The notes: a model not told the origin generated them from the sequence alone. Positions 1 through 11,790 are shown, counted from the stretch's first letter. The stretch is 41,956 nt of DNA from Octopus bimaculoides (GCF_001194135.2 NC_068985.1:56978332-57020287); one strand, 5' to 3'. Made by a program: numbers and translations.

Positions 1-239
1 AAATACTGTCTATATGATCTCAAATTTTAAAGCAAACACACAATTTTCTTATGGTTTCTTAAACATTCACTTGAACAAAACTGTACAAATCCAAATATAT
101 GGTACCCTAGGCATAACACCTACATGAACTTCTAACTTGTTGTCTCTTGAGGTCTCTGGGTGAGACTTGGATCCAACTTGTACAAATGCAAAACAAAAGT
201 CAAACATAAAATAATAATAATAATAATAATAATAATACC

Positions 240-274
<35 letters not shown>

Positions 275-279
275 TAATA
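1..279 (+). mobile_element. 3' end of a non-LTR retrotransposon (REL/R4-Dong-like) with (AAT)n tail
   Basis: The window opens with (K)ILSI-stop (ATA CTG TCT ATA TGA at 3-17), resembling the GTAHILxKxLS C-terminus seen at 2330-2400. A ~190-bp putative 3'UTR and an (AAT)n tract at 208-279 follow. Coding evidence is thin. Confidence 0.5.
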
Positions 280-294
280 CCCTGATGCAGGTAA

Positions 295-480
295 GTTCAT
301 ATAACTAATCCCCAAGTTGGCGCATATGATTGTGGCCTTTTTACCCTGGCGTATGCATTTGGACTGGTCATTGGAAACGCTGCAGAGAAGTTTTTATTTG
401 ATTAATCAAAAATGCGAGCACATTTGATATTTTGCCTCGAAAACAATAAATTTGTCCCTTTCCCGAGAGTAAAGGTGTTT
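295..480 (+). pseudogene. Ulp1/C48-like cysteine peptidase remnant (C-terminal half)
   Basis: Frame +1 manual translation: VHITNPQVGAYDCGLFTLAYAFGLVIGNAAEKFLFD*SKMRAHLIFCLENNKFVPFP. It contains the Q-x4-D-C-G oxyanion/catalytic Cys motif of C48 peptidases and one in-frame stop. The upstream His/Asp region is absent, replaced by the LINE tail. Confidence 0.65.
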
Positions 481-689
481 AAAATTACAAAAAGCACAGA
501 AGTCACTCACTTTGTATCACCCACCCAGAAATAGATTACCCCTCACATGAACATTCAGAATAAATTTTATCACCCAATAGGTTCCATGTTTGAAGTGAAG
601 ATTTCGAGTAAAGCCCCAAAAGTAGTCAGGAATCTAATGAGAGTACGACTCTGAATACCACTTTCCCGAGAAAGTCCATCACGCTAGAG

Positions 690-1415
690 AATTAGTCGGT
701 CATAGATGTATCTAGAGTAAAATTTTCGCCCGATGACGTCTCAGTCTTGGAGCTTGGACTGAGTTTCTGCCCAAGCACTAAGAATTTCGACAAGAATAAA
801 CTAGCCCAAGGCCTATTTTGTTTTGTCCGCTGTCACAACTGAAGGAATATTTAAAAAAAAAATGGTAACCAGGAGTCAGAAAGCCCTATGCTTAATGATA
901 TATAAAAATGATGATGATCGAATCTGGCTTAACTGGATTGAAAAGAACCCCAATTAGTATCCAGATAAAGTTTGGGATGGACGTTTACAAAGCACTACAG
1001 GAATATCTTGAATCTTGTCAGACAGACATTAGAGAAAGCCTTAAAACAAGTGGAAAGAAGTCCTGCAATAACCTCAGTAAATCCCTAAATCTGCACTCCG
1101 TCTAGACAATAACGATTCTATTGTTGTTAAAATGGCGGATAAGGGAGGTACTATCGTAATTATGAACAAAATTTAGTATATTTCGGTTTGTGTGAGAAGT
1201 TTTAAATTGACAAAACTTCATATAAAGAATTACCTGCCGATCCAGATCCCAATTACAGAGAGGAACTTGACAAAATAATTCTGGAAATGGAGGAAAACAA
1301 TTTCATAAAGGCTGAATCAGGGATTTTATGGTCAAACACCTGTATTTTATGGTCTTCTTAAAATACATAAAATGTTCGAAAGATTTCCTCCAATGCGCCC
1401 AATTTGCAGCATATA
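690..1415 (+). mobile_element. Penelope-like element, decayed N-terminal/RT region
   Basis: Across frameshifts: VIDVSRVKFSPDDVSVLELGLSFCPS...FVR/QLKEY (from 699), DSIVVKMADKGGTIVIMNK (ADKGG 1135-1149) and PVFYGLLKIHK...PPMRPICS (1339-1410). These are typical PLE RT motifs. Truncated after RT motif 2. Confidence 0.85.
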
Positions 1416-1594
1416 TGAATGTTGTATCAGGTCTAGACTGATTCAAACATTGAGAGTGATCAGTACATAAGTGTGCAGTACTAATTTGAAGAGTGGACGC
1501 AACGTAAACAATGTTGGTATAAAATTATCACAAGACAACATTATTAAGTCGCTGTGGTATAATGTGGGGTACACATATCTATGAGCGTTGCAAG

Positions 1595-1770
1595 ACTATA
1601 AGATAATGAAAGGAGAAACGAGAGAGAAAATCACAAAAGAGTACAAGAGCAGAATTAGCCATGTGCTCAACACAAAATTAGAGGGAACATTATTATTATG
1701 CTTGTATTGAGATTCTCCGATCCATTGCTGAAATGGACAATGACCAAGCTAAAAAACTTGGATAGCTAAT
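1595..1770 (+). mobile_element. REL-type (R4/Dong-like) LINE RT/thumb fragment
   Basis: Translations KIMKGETREKITKEYKSRISHVLNTKL and LVLRFSDPLLKWTMTKLKNLDS resemble the post-RT7 region (EKIxKEYxxRxxxxL...W-T-x2-EL-x2-LD) of R4/Dong-like ORFs. Confidence 0.55.
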
Positions 1771-1779
1771 ATTCTGCTC

Positions 1780-2264
1780 AATACCTAAGATTTGCTCGTC
1801 ACTTTCTTGACCTTAAGAAGTTGAGCATATTCCCTAGTTGCTGATGATATGTGCATCTCTCATCACGAGTTGAAGTAGTGGGGGAGCATCATAGCCATGT
1901 GTCGATAGGAATAGGGGTCGTTTGAATAGCCATGCGTCGACAGTAGAGGGGTCGTTTGAATAATTCTCGGCTGTAAACATGTTTCCGTCATCATACTTAA
2001 ACGACCTTTCTTGAGGGACATCTTGAGCAGGATAGGCGACTCGACCTGAAAAAAATTCCAACTGAACCCTAACTGCAAGGTCATGCTCACTTTATATGAG
2101 ATCACCATGTCTTGCTCATATGGTTGAGATGCATGTGTGTGGTGTAACCTTATCAGACGGTTAGTTATGATTGGTATATTGGGCTTCGTATATTTGTACC
2201 CCAGCGTTTCTTAACGGCATGCGTTGCTGTCTCACTCAATAATAATAATAATGATAATAGTAAT
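1780..2264 (+). mobile_element. Putative LINE 3'UTR ending in (AAT)n
   Basis: Non-coding segment ending in ctcactc-(AAT)n at 2238-2264, with an internal ~35-bp tandem duplication at 1891-1959. It resembles a recalled abundant octopus LINE 3' end (not verified). Confidence 0.45.
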
Positions 2265-2735
2265 ATTATTATTATTATGATTCCTTCGTAACACAGTGTA
2301 TGTAAACAATGCACTGGTGTCTTTAGTCATCTGTCAAGTCACAAGGACCGCAGACAGATAATACCTTCCATAAGATGTGCGCTGTGCCTAATAAGACAGC
2401 TTTTTGCCAGACATCAATTTTGCATGGAATTTCCAGTTCACTTAAGAAGTCTTGAAGTTTCAATGGGTTTGGGGCCAACGCTCCAATCACCAATGATATC
2501 ACTTTTACATTACCCTCTCGTATTCCATACTGTTTTGCCATTTCCACTTTAAATTCAAAGTTCTTGGTGATTTTTCAAACTCTTCACTCACAACATTCAT
2601 GTCACTTGGTATAACTACATCAATGATCTGACAGTATTTGTCTCTCTTACTAAAAATGACAATATCTGGCTGATGATGTTCGATTACACGATCCGTCTCA
2701 AAATCATAGTCCCAGTAAATGTGTTTATGGGAAAC
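2265..2735 (-). mobile_element. 3' end of REL-endonuclease LINE (R4/Dong-like)
   Basis: Minus translation KHIYWDYDFETDRVIEHHQPDIVIFSK.../CQIIDVVIPSDMNV...EKITK...KVISLVIGALAP...WQKAVLLGTAHILWKVLS gives the PD..D restriction-like endonuclease and C-terminus. It is followed by a short UTR and (TAA)n tail at 2265-2278. Confidence 0.9.
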
Positions 2736-3289
2736 TTTATAAAATATTACAGAAATATGATTTAGAAAACGACAATAAAATTATAATGATTGCCAAACAA
2801 ATACTAAATAGATAATTTTTCAGTAAGAAATTTAATTCAATAAAAGAAAAGTGAAAAAAGCAATCATAACAATTGAAGTAGAAATGTAATTCGATTAACA
2901 GTATATAATAAGATAGATATATAGATGAGAAAATAAGAAAGCTTGCAAGAACATATTAAAAATAATATTTTTGTAAATGTGTAAAAGGTTTGGTGTTAAT
3001 AACAGTAAAATTGATTTCTTTGGAGGGGTCGAAAAACATTAAAAAATGGTGACACTAAAACGAGAAATTAATGTAACAACTAAATTTAATATATTTTTGT
3101 GTCTCACCACCCTAGGTTTCTTCTTTTTGTGGATTAAAAAGTTTAATATTTCTCATAATACAACAAATAAAAAAGACATTGGTTGACAAAGAAGTAAATA
3201 CTGGGAAAACAAATAAAACAAAAGAAACGATTATAAATTATAATAAATGCGTGGTAAAGTACACAGAATCTTTTGCAGACATATAAAGT

Positions 3290-3322
<33 letters not shown>

Positions 3323-3352
3323 CACTAATTCCTTACATATAGATATGCATCT

Positions 3353-3896
3353 NNNNNNNNNNNNNNNNNNNNNNNNNNNNNNNNNNNNNNNNNNNNNNNN
3401 NNNNNNNNNNNNNNNNNNNNNNNNNNNNNNNNNNNNNNNNNNNNNNNNNNNNNNNNNNNNNNNNNNNNNNNNNNNNNNNNNNNNNNNNNNNNNNNNNNNN
3501 NNNNNNNNNNNNNNNNNNNNNNNNNNNNNNNNNNNNNNNNNNNNNNNNNNNNNNNNNNNNNNNNNNNNNNNNNNNNNNNNNNNNNNNNNNNNNNNNNNNN
3601 NNNNNNNNNNNNNNNNNNNNNNNNNNNNNNNNNNNNNNNNNNNNNNNNNNNNNNNNNNNNNNNNNNNNNNNNNNNNNNNNNNNNNNNNNNNNNNNNNNNN
3701 NNNNNNNNNNNNNNNNNNNNNNNNNNNNNNNNNNNNNNNNNNNNNNNNNNNNNNNNNNNNNNNNNNNNNNNNNNNNNNNNNNNNNNNNNNNNNNNNNNNN
3801 NNNNNNNNNNNNNNNNNNNNNNNNNNNNNNNNNNNNNNNNNNNNNNNNNNNNNNNNNNNNNNNNNNNNNNNNNNNNNNNNNNNNNNNNNNNNNNNN
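3353..3896. other. Assembly gap (N). Other gaps: 7274-7995, 11884-12732, 13357-13366, 15726-16526, 17435-17831, 20430-20636, 27583-28502, 36875-37000, 38249-38410, 40368-40475
   Basis: Runs of n in the sequence, most flanked on at least one side by TA/CA microsatellites. Confidence 1.
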
Positions 3897-4944
3897 ATAT
3901 GTATTGTGCTACTTAAAGGAATCAACAGTATTTTCAACATAACTCTTTTGTCTTTGGCGATGGGAGATGTTATGTTATATACGTCTCAGTATTATCTCTT
4001 CTTCCACGATGTATTTTTTACTGATTTAATGTATGTTTCTTTACTACTTTCTATCCACATATTTATCGTTAAGAAAGATGAGGTATTAACAAAGTAATTT
4101 GGATGTAGTATAACTAAAGCCTTTCGTAATATAATTCCATATAAAGTATAACACGCACAGCCATGTGGATAGCTTAGTGGATATCCAGGGAGAAATCAGC
4201 GCTTTCTATGATCTAAACCGTGTCATGAAAATCAGTTAACTCGCAAACATTCAAAGCAGAAAGCTGTAACTAGGCCTTATATGTAGGTCTATCTCGTCTC
4301 TCTCTGAGCGCTTCTAGCTCCGCTGCTGAATCGACCATGTACTGTCGTAAATTCCTGTACTTAGGTCAACTCTCTCCGCTGGAAAAGTTACTGGTTATAG
4401 ATTAACCATACAGGGGTGAGAGAAAATCTATCATCCAACGAGTCGTCATCAAGGAACAGATACCTGTTTATATGAATAATTTGTTCTAGGAAGGGGTTGA
4501 TCTTGTTTCAAAACAGCTTTCCTTGGGATTTAAAAGGAAATGTATTCTTTCATAAAGTCGTGGCTATCGTGAGGCTGACACGTCATGGAGCTCATAGTAA
4601 TAACCATGGATTGTTTAAAGTAATAAGTTTTGGAAGATTCATTTGGTACATTGCCAAATTTATACTTTACACACGTTCACACATACCAATTAAATAGACT
4701 CTGGCGCCACGTTTTGCGTGGAAAGTTATAACTTGCTCTCTTTATGTAGTAGTGTTAAATTTCAAATATGAAGGGTAGAATTCTAGATATCTACACTACT
4801 GTGTCCACTCACTACTTTAATGTGAATTGTTTGCATTGTGATGTTGAAGATGTTTTGGAAATCTTTACCAAAATTATAGTTCTTTTCTTTTGATTTCAAG
4901 TAGTGAGTCTTAATAAAACTCGTAAATATTGTAGGTAGATATAA

Positions 4945-4988
<44 letters not shown>

Positions 4989-5029
4989 CTGGACAGAATC
5001 CAAATATATATATATATATATATATACAG

Positions 5030-5450
5030 GGAGAATTCTCAAAAAAAAAAAACAAAAGACGAAGACAGGTGGTGTAGACAACAAACAGATGTATTAATTT
5101 AACGCTCGGGAAGTGAAAAAGTCTTTAACGTTTCGAGCCTATGCTCTTCCACAGAAAAGAACATAGAAAGAAACAGGGGGAGAAAATAAATAAAGAATGT
5201 GTAGTGGCTAGCGACCTATCATGGCGAATACCGGTGAGAGGGGTCACACAGGAGAGCTAGGAAGAAGAGGAGATAATGTAGTGGTGATCCCAAAAACGAT
5301 GGTGCGCGTGCGCGTGTGTAAGAGAGCATGCATATGTGTGTGGAAGAGGGCTGGTGACCTTGACGTGTGTGTGAGTGCATGTGTAGGTGTGTGGGTGATG
5401 ATGTGGGGCTGGGAAGTGGTGAGTTCTAGATTGTGCCACAGATAAATTTG
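5030..5450 (-). mobile_element. Non-coding repeat family A (PLE pseudo-LTR/3'-end-like)
   Basis: Homologous to both arms at 26402-26663. Its tail end (gggagaattc) abuts a (TA)n tract at ~5005-5027. It contains a hammerhead-like fold at 5122-5160 and a TG-rich inner part. Confidence 0.7.
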
Positions 5451-7995
5451 TACATATATGATTTGTTTTAAAGCATTTAACAAAACTAGTAATTAGAAAT
5501 AGTTTATTTAAATTGCTTCATTTTATGCTATTATACAAAGTGTGATTAAAGTATTCCAAATCGATTTCTAATGTGTATATGTTGATGAAAACTAATTTCC
5601 TCCTATTATCAGTTACGTGTTTCAGTTGCAGTCAATTAGCGAGATTTAAAGCTACATTAGAAATTCATAAAAAAATATTGTTTATTTCTTTTGATATGTT
5701 TGAGGTAAATAAAACAAATTGAAAGAGACGAAGAAATGCCGATTTAAGATGTTTATAGCAATGGAAAATGTCTGGATATATTTTAAACGTCAGATATAAT
5801 AGAATACATCATTGGTATTTATATTCAGAGAAATATCTTCATAATACATTTTTTCAATATATCATATCGACAGAGTTATGAGTATAAATTTATCGATATT
5901 ATAATAAATAACTTTTTTTCTGTTTCATTGAATCTTCGGTGTAATATTCATTGTCATTAATTTATCAGTTGCTTCACTATTTTTATGGTTTGCTCTATTT
6001 GTGGTCTGGACCAATATAAATATTACATCCTTCAACAAGTTTCGGTAGAAGCATTCTATAGCAATAAGAACTGTCTGTTGCAGTTAGGTTAACTGAAGGA
6101 TTATAAAGTTAAACCATGCTACTGCTATCATAATTCAAAAGTTATATCTCTCTTTCATCCCACCTTTATTTATGTTGGTATTACATCTTGTAGTTCTCTT
6201 TAACTGACAGTTATTAATTCTAGACGTCGTATATCTCAGTGAACGAATCATAACACTGTCTTCTTGAAAAGCATAATCAATTTACGAAAATAACATAGAT
6301 AAATACTTTCAGATTCACAAACAACAAATAACAAAATAAAACAAAATCCTCAATTTCAGATAAGTATTCGACACAATAATTTTTGCACAACTCAAGTTTC
6401 TAAATCCACAAAGTACATAATCGATCGAAGAATATATAAAGAATTGAAAGTTTGGACATTTTAAGACGTTTTTTCGCCCGACAAGTTATTTCGTTAGTTA
6501 TTTGTTGATTATTTTCGATATTTATTTTAACATTTCTTGATAATAGTTGTTATTGCGTTTATTTGACTGCAAAGTACTTATGGCATATATTACTAATAGA
6601 AATGATAATGTGAACTAATCGCCGATAAGAAATAATGTTTTGACAAATTAACGTCAGATGAAGCAGACACAATTAATAAAAATATGTCATTTATTGATGA
6701 ATAGTTTACGTAAAGACGTAATAAGTAAAATCTAAACATTTACCTATTAGAATTAAGGATTCTTACAGCGCCAAAGATCGGCAATTATAGATGGGTCACC
6801 AGAGAAATACATTTATAATAATAATGATAATAACAGACGATGTTACTGGTGTAATTTGAAATATATTTTAAACTTCAATCATTTTGATTCTGTAAATCCA
6901 TATTCACATTTTGAGTTAGTTCAAAAAGCATCAGACTTTACTTTTCATCGCATAAAAAAAGTCGAGGATACAAACCTTGGGTAGAAGATGACAGCGCCCT
7001 CCTACAGATGGTTGAAAATTTTTGCGGCGGCAAGCGGCGTCGCTTTACGCATGTTATGCCTAAAATAAAGACATGTAGTGCGCGCTCGTCGGATTTTCGT
7101 TTTCATGCAAGATGACTGGACACATCGACCAGAGACCATATGTCCATATATCATCAACAGTGTTGATGTTCTTCATGAAGTCTATAACATATATATACAT
7201 ATATAGAATCCACTAAAATATATATACATACATACATACATACATACATACATACATACGTACATATATATATNNNNNNNNNNNNNNNNNNNNNNNNNNN
7301 NNNNNNNNNNNNNNNNNNNNNNNNNNNNNNNNNNNNNNNNNNNNNNNNNNNNNNNNNNNNNNNNNNNNNNNNNNNNNNNNNNNNNNNNNNNNNNNNNNNN
7401 NNNNNNNNNNNNNNNNNNNNNNNNNNNNNNNNNNNNNNNNNNNNNNNNNNNNNNNNNNNNNNNNNNNNNNNNNNNNNNNNNNNNNNNNNNNNNNNNNNNN
7501 NNNNNNNNNNNNNNNNNNNNNNNNNNNNNNNNNNNNNNNNNNNNNNNNNNNNNNNNNNNNNNNNNNNNNNNNNNNNNNNNNNNNNNNNNNNNNNNNNNNN
7601 NNNNNNNNNNNNNNNNNNNNNNNNNNNNNNNNNNNNNNNNNNNNNNNNNNNNNNNNNNNNNNNNNNNNNNNNNNNNNNNNNNNNNNNNNNNNNNNNNNNN
7701 NNNNNNNNNNNNNNNNNNNNNNNNNNNNNNNNNNNNNNNNNNNNNNNNNNNNNNNNNNNNNNNNNNNNNNNNNNNNNNNNNNNNNNNNNNNNNNNNNNNN
7801 NNNNNNNNNNNNNNNNNNNNNNNNNNNNNNNNNNNNNNNNNNNNNNNNNNNNNNNNNNNNNNNNNNNNNNNNNNNNNNNNNNNNNNNNNNNNNNNNNNNN
7901 NNNNNNNNNNNNNNNNNNNNNNNNNNNNNNNNNNNNNNNNNNNNNNNNNNNNNNNNNNNNNNNNNNNNNNNNNNNNNNNNNNNNNNNNNNNNNNN

Positions 7996-9466
7996 GATGA
8001 TGGTGACATCATTCGCATGTGGTGTCACTCCTGTACCGTAACATAGATGACGCTGGTCTCCCCCCCCCCATAGTCCACAACCTCCGTAGCAGTGGCTCAA
8101 AAGTCAATACATACAGGAGTGGGGACAGGGGGCAGCCCTGGTGAACTGAACGCTCGATCCCGAACTGCTTATAGAAATAGTTCACCCGGGCAAATGACTC
8201 GATGTCGTTATACATAGGATTGATGCGGCCACAGAAAGTCGAGCCCACTCCGACAGCCCGGAGACGGTCGACCCTATCAAATGCTTTAGACTTATCTAAA
8301 TTAACCAGTGCCCCACCTTGCCAGAAACTTTACCCACCTGCTATATGGTATGGCGAATGAGGTGAAAGTTTTCATGTATCGTCCTTCCTGGGATTGTGAA
8401 TGTCTGCTCGTCTTCCACCAGGTCACGCACAACCAGCCTCAATTGGTTAACACCTTGGCCAAAATCTTTAACTCTGTTTTTAGCAGAGTTATGGGCCTGA
8501 AATTATTAATGTTATCCCCTTGTCCGTTTCTTTCCTGATCAGTGTTGCCACTCCCCTGCTCACTGATTTGGGAACTCTCCCGCTCTGCTGCTCTGCTGCT
8601 CTGCTGCCAGTTTGCGTATACACCGGCCAGTATGTTCCCGAACAAGTCTGGCATACTTTTATAAAATTCGTACGGTAGACCATGCAATGCCAGCGATTTG
8701 TCCCCGAGGAAAGCACCTCTATAACCTCCGCATTTGTGATTGGCCCTTCCCAGCACTCAGCCTCACGCGCCGAGAGGCGCGGGCCACCGGCCAGGAAATC
8801 CAAAAGGGTATCCCCATAGTCCAGAGCGCCATCCTTCCCGAATAACGCGGCGACGTGCCCGTGAAAGGCCTTACACATCTCTTCCTGTCCTTGGATCACC
8901 CGTCCATGCACATCTACCACAGATCTTATCGTAGCATCTATGCCACGTTGGGTTTCTACCATTCGACATCGTTGATACTCTCGCGACACATTGCACATAC
9001 TTTTCCCGAACCCTGCATCCCTTTTGTTTGGTAATGAGGTATCGGTCCAAGGCCGATCTCGCCGACAATACTTGGGGTTCAAAGAGCACAATCATCGCCT
9101 CTTCTAACACCTTAACGAGATCTCTTTCCACTCTAGCTTCTTCTAGACTTAACTGTTTGCTAAATCTAATGGACGCAAGTCGAATGGCTCATTTGAGGGC
9201 ACACCACCACCAGTTATTTAACACAGTGCCGGTTAGCGCTCTCATTACTAACTTCTTAATCTAGTTACGTTAGATTTCGCAAGCCAATATAGACTTGTTC
9301 AACTTCCAGTAGCCAGACCCCGGTCTATGGATTTTATCTATATGCAACCTGCACGTCACTAATTTGTGATCAGTGTAGGGTACATAAGTAAATTGTGGAC
9401 AACTGAAACTACATTTTTCTCTAGAATTAACCATTATCTTATCTATATACGACCTGATAGATCTGT
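7996..9466 (-). mobile_element. L1/Tx1-clade LINE ORF2 remnant, copy 1 (APE C-terminus to RT YADD)
   Basis: SYIDK..TDHKLV..GYWKLN (9270-9466), EGPITNAEV..GLPYEFY, NFRPITLLKTELKILAK, SVHQGCPLSPLLY and a degenerate YADD (HANDVTII) near 8000-8030. Many frameshifts; runs into a gap. Confidence 0.9.
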
Positions 9467-11482
9467 TGCAAGCCGACACATTTATCCTGGTTAATTTTTG
9501 CATCTGCCACCGCTTCGTATCCTTTGCTGGCGTCTTCTACACGAGGTAGCTGCCCTTCCTTAGACACGATAATGGTGATATCATCCGCATATGCCGTTGG
9601 TCCTCTATCATAACATAGATCACGTGCCACTGCTCCCATAATCCCCAATTTCCGGAGCAGTGGCTCAAAAACCAATATGTACTGGAGCGGGGACAGGGGG
9701 CATCCCTGTTGAACTGAACGCTCGATCGCCAGCGGATTCGAGAAGAAACCGTTCTCACGGGCAACTGATTCGATGTTGCTATACAAAGCTTCGATGCAGC
9801 CACAAAAAGTCCGACCGACGGCAGACACCGATAGTCAACCCTATCAAATGCCTTAAACTAGTCTAAATTAAGCAGTGTCCCAACTTTGCCACAAACTTTA
9901 CCCACCCGCTATATGGTGTAGCGAATGAGGTGAAGGTTGTCGGGTATCGTCTTTCCTGGGATTGCACATGTCTGCGCCTCTCCAACCAGGTCGCCCACAA
10001 AATGCTTCATTCTTTTGGCTAACACCTTGGCCAGAATCTTTAACTCTGCATTTAGCAGAGTTTTGGGCCGAAAATTATTAATGTTATCCTCCATTTTTGG
10101 TTTCCTTCCTGCTCAGTGTCACTACTCCCCAGCTCGCAGATTTGGAAATTCTCCCATTCTGATGCCAGTTCGCGTAAACACTGGCCAGAATATTCCGAAA
10201 CAAGTCTGGCATACTTTTATAAAATTCGTACGGTGGACCATCCAATGCCAGCGACTTGTAATCTGGGCACTCGGAAAGCATCACTATAACCTCTGCATCT
10301 GTGATCGGTCATTCACAGCACTCAGAGCCACCTGCCGAGAGACGCGAACCACCGCCAGAAAATACTGAAGGGCATCCCCGTTGTCCAACTTCCGGCTCCT
10401 CCTAAACAACGCGGCGAAGTGCTCGTGAAAGGCTTTATCCATTTCTTCGTGTCTTTGGATCTCCCGTGCATGTTCCTTTACCACACACCTAATCTTGGTA
10501 TCTATGCCACGTTGAGTTTCTACCGAGCGAGCCCACCTGGCAATGTTGATACCCTTGCGATCCAATGCACGTTCTTTATCCCGAACCCTGCATCCTTCGT
10601 ATTTGGCATTGAGGTGCAGAGCCCCATCTCAGCTGATCTTCTAATGCCTTAACTAGATGTCTGTCTGCTCTAGTCTGTTCTAGACTTAACTGTTTGCTAA
10701 ATCTAATAGACTCGTTTATTTAACACAGTGCTGGTCAGTGCCCTCGTTTCTAACACCTTAATCTGGCTACGGTAAGTTTCGCAATCGAATAGGCACTTGT
10801 TCAACTTCCAGTACCCAGACCCCTGTCTATGGACTTTATCTATATGCATCCTGTACGTCACTAATTTGCGATCCGTTCATATATAGGGTACATATATGCG
10901 ATCCGTTCATAATTGCGATCCGTTCATATATAGGGTACATATATGAACTTTGGACAACTAAAACTATATTTATCTCCAGAATTAACTATTATCCTGTCTA
11001 TATGCGACCTGATTGATCTGTCGTTATTACTCCAAGTCCAGTTTGAACGCACGGAGTATCAAGTTTGTATCGATCAGCCAGTTTGAATCGCTTTAGCAGA
11101 TCGACGACGTGTGAGTAACAATTCCTATGAATCGAGCCAATGCTATCTTGTCATGAATCCAGAATAACGTTAAAGTTTCCTAGCAAAAATAGTGTCCTTG
11201 ACGTCACAAGATAGTTCTCTAGGCGTTGATAGAACTAATCCCGTTTGCCTGCTGTACCAGGCGCGTAAGTACTAATCAACCTGAATGCCTTACCTCTAAA
11301 CGAGTCAGTCAGAACGACTGACTCGCCTTCTGGGTCCACAAAAATCGTGTCTGCAGGGCCAAGTTTTTTCGGAGCAAGACTACGTCGTCCTTTCTCTCCT
11401 GTCCTAATAGGAGACATGGTCTTCTCGTAGCCATTCAGGAGAGTCGAGAAGGCCTGCAGTTTGTCGAACTTAGTCTCTGTAG
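9467..11482 (-). mobile_element. L1/Tx1-clade LINE ORF2 remnant, copy 2 (APE N-terminus to RT7)
   Basis: ETK motif (~11470-11480), LLGNFN (GDFN-like, ~11170-11190), DHK..GYWKLN, NFRPKTLLNAELKILAK, SVQQGCPLSP, TAYADDITII and AKINQDKCVGL. Frameshifted. Confidence 0.92.
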
Positions 11483-11790
11483 ATTACGACCACGAGGGTC
11501 CTAGCTGATATGATCGACGGAACAGCTTGCTCGTGAAATTAACATTCAAGTGGCTGAGTACACTACAGACACGTGTACCCTTAACGTAGTTCTCAGGGAG
11601 ATTCAGCGTCACACAGTGTGGCAAGGCTGGCCCTTTGAAATACAGGTACTACTCATTTTTGCCAGCTGATTGGCCTGGAGGAACGTAAAATAAAGTGTCT
11701 TGCTCCAGAACACAATACGTCGCCGTGAATTGAACTCACCACCTTACGATCCTAAGACGAATGCCTTAACCACTAAGCCACTAAGCAATA
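11483..11790 (-). mobile_element. tRNA-derived SINE, family B
   Basis: The minus strand begins GTGGCTTAGTGGTTAAGGCATTCG...GAGTTCAATTC (A/B-box-like tRNA head). The body matches 23421-23640 within this window. Confidence 0.8.

Noticed and set aside
288-296. Strong splice donor CAG|GTAAGT
   Set aside because: It sits at the junction of a LINE tail and the peptidase remnant, with no upstream exon or acceptor to support it.
11740-11790. tRNA-like sequence (also heads at 15540-15610, 21495-21560, 37790-37840)
   Set aside because: These are A/B-box-like heads continuous with SINE bodies, with no complete cloverleaf, so they are not tRNA genes.
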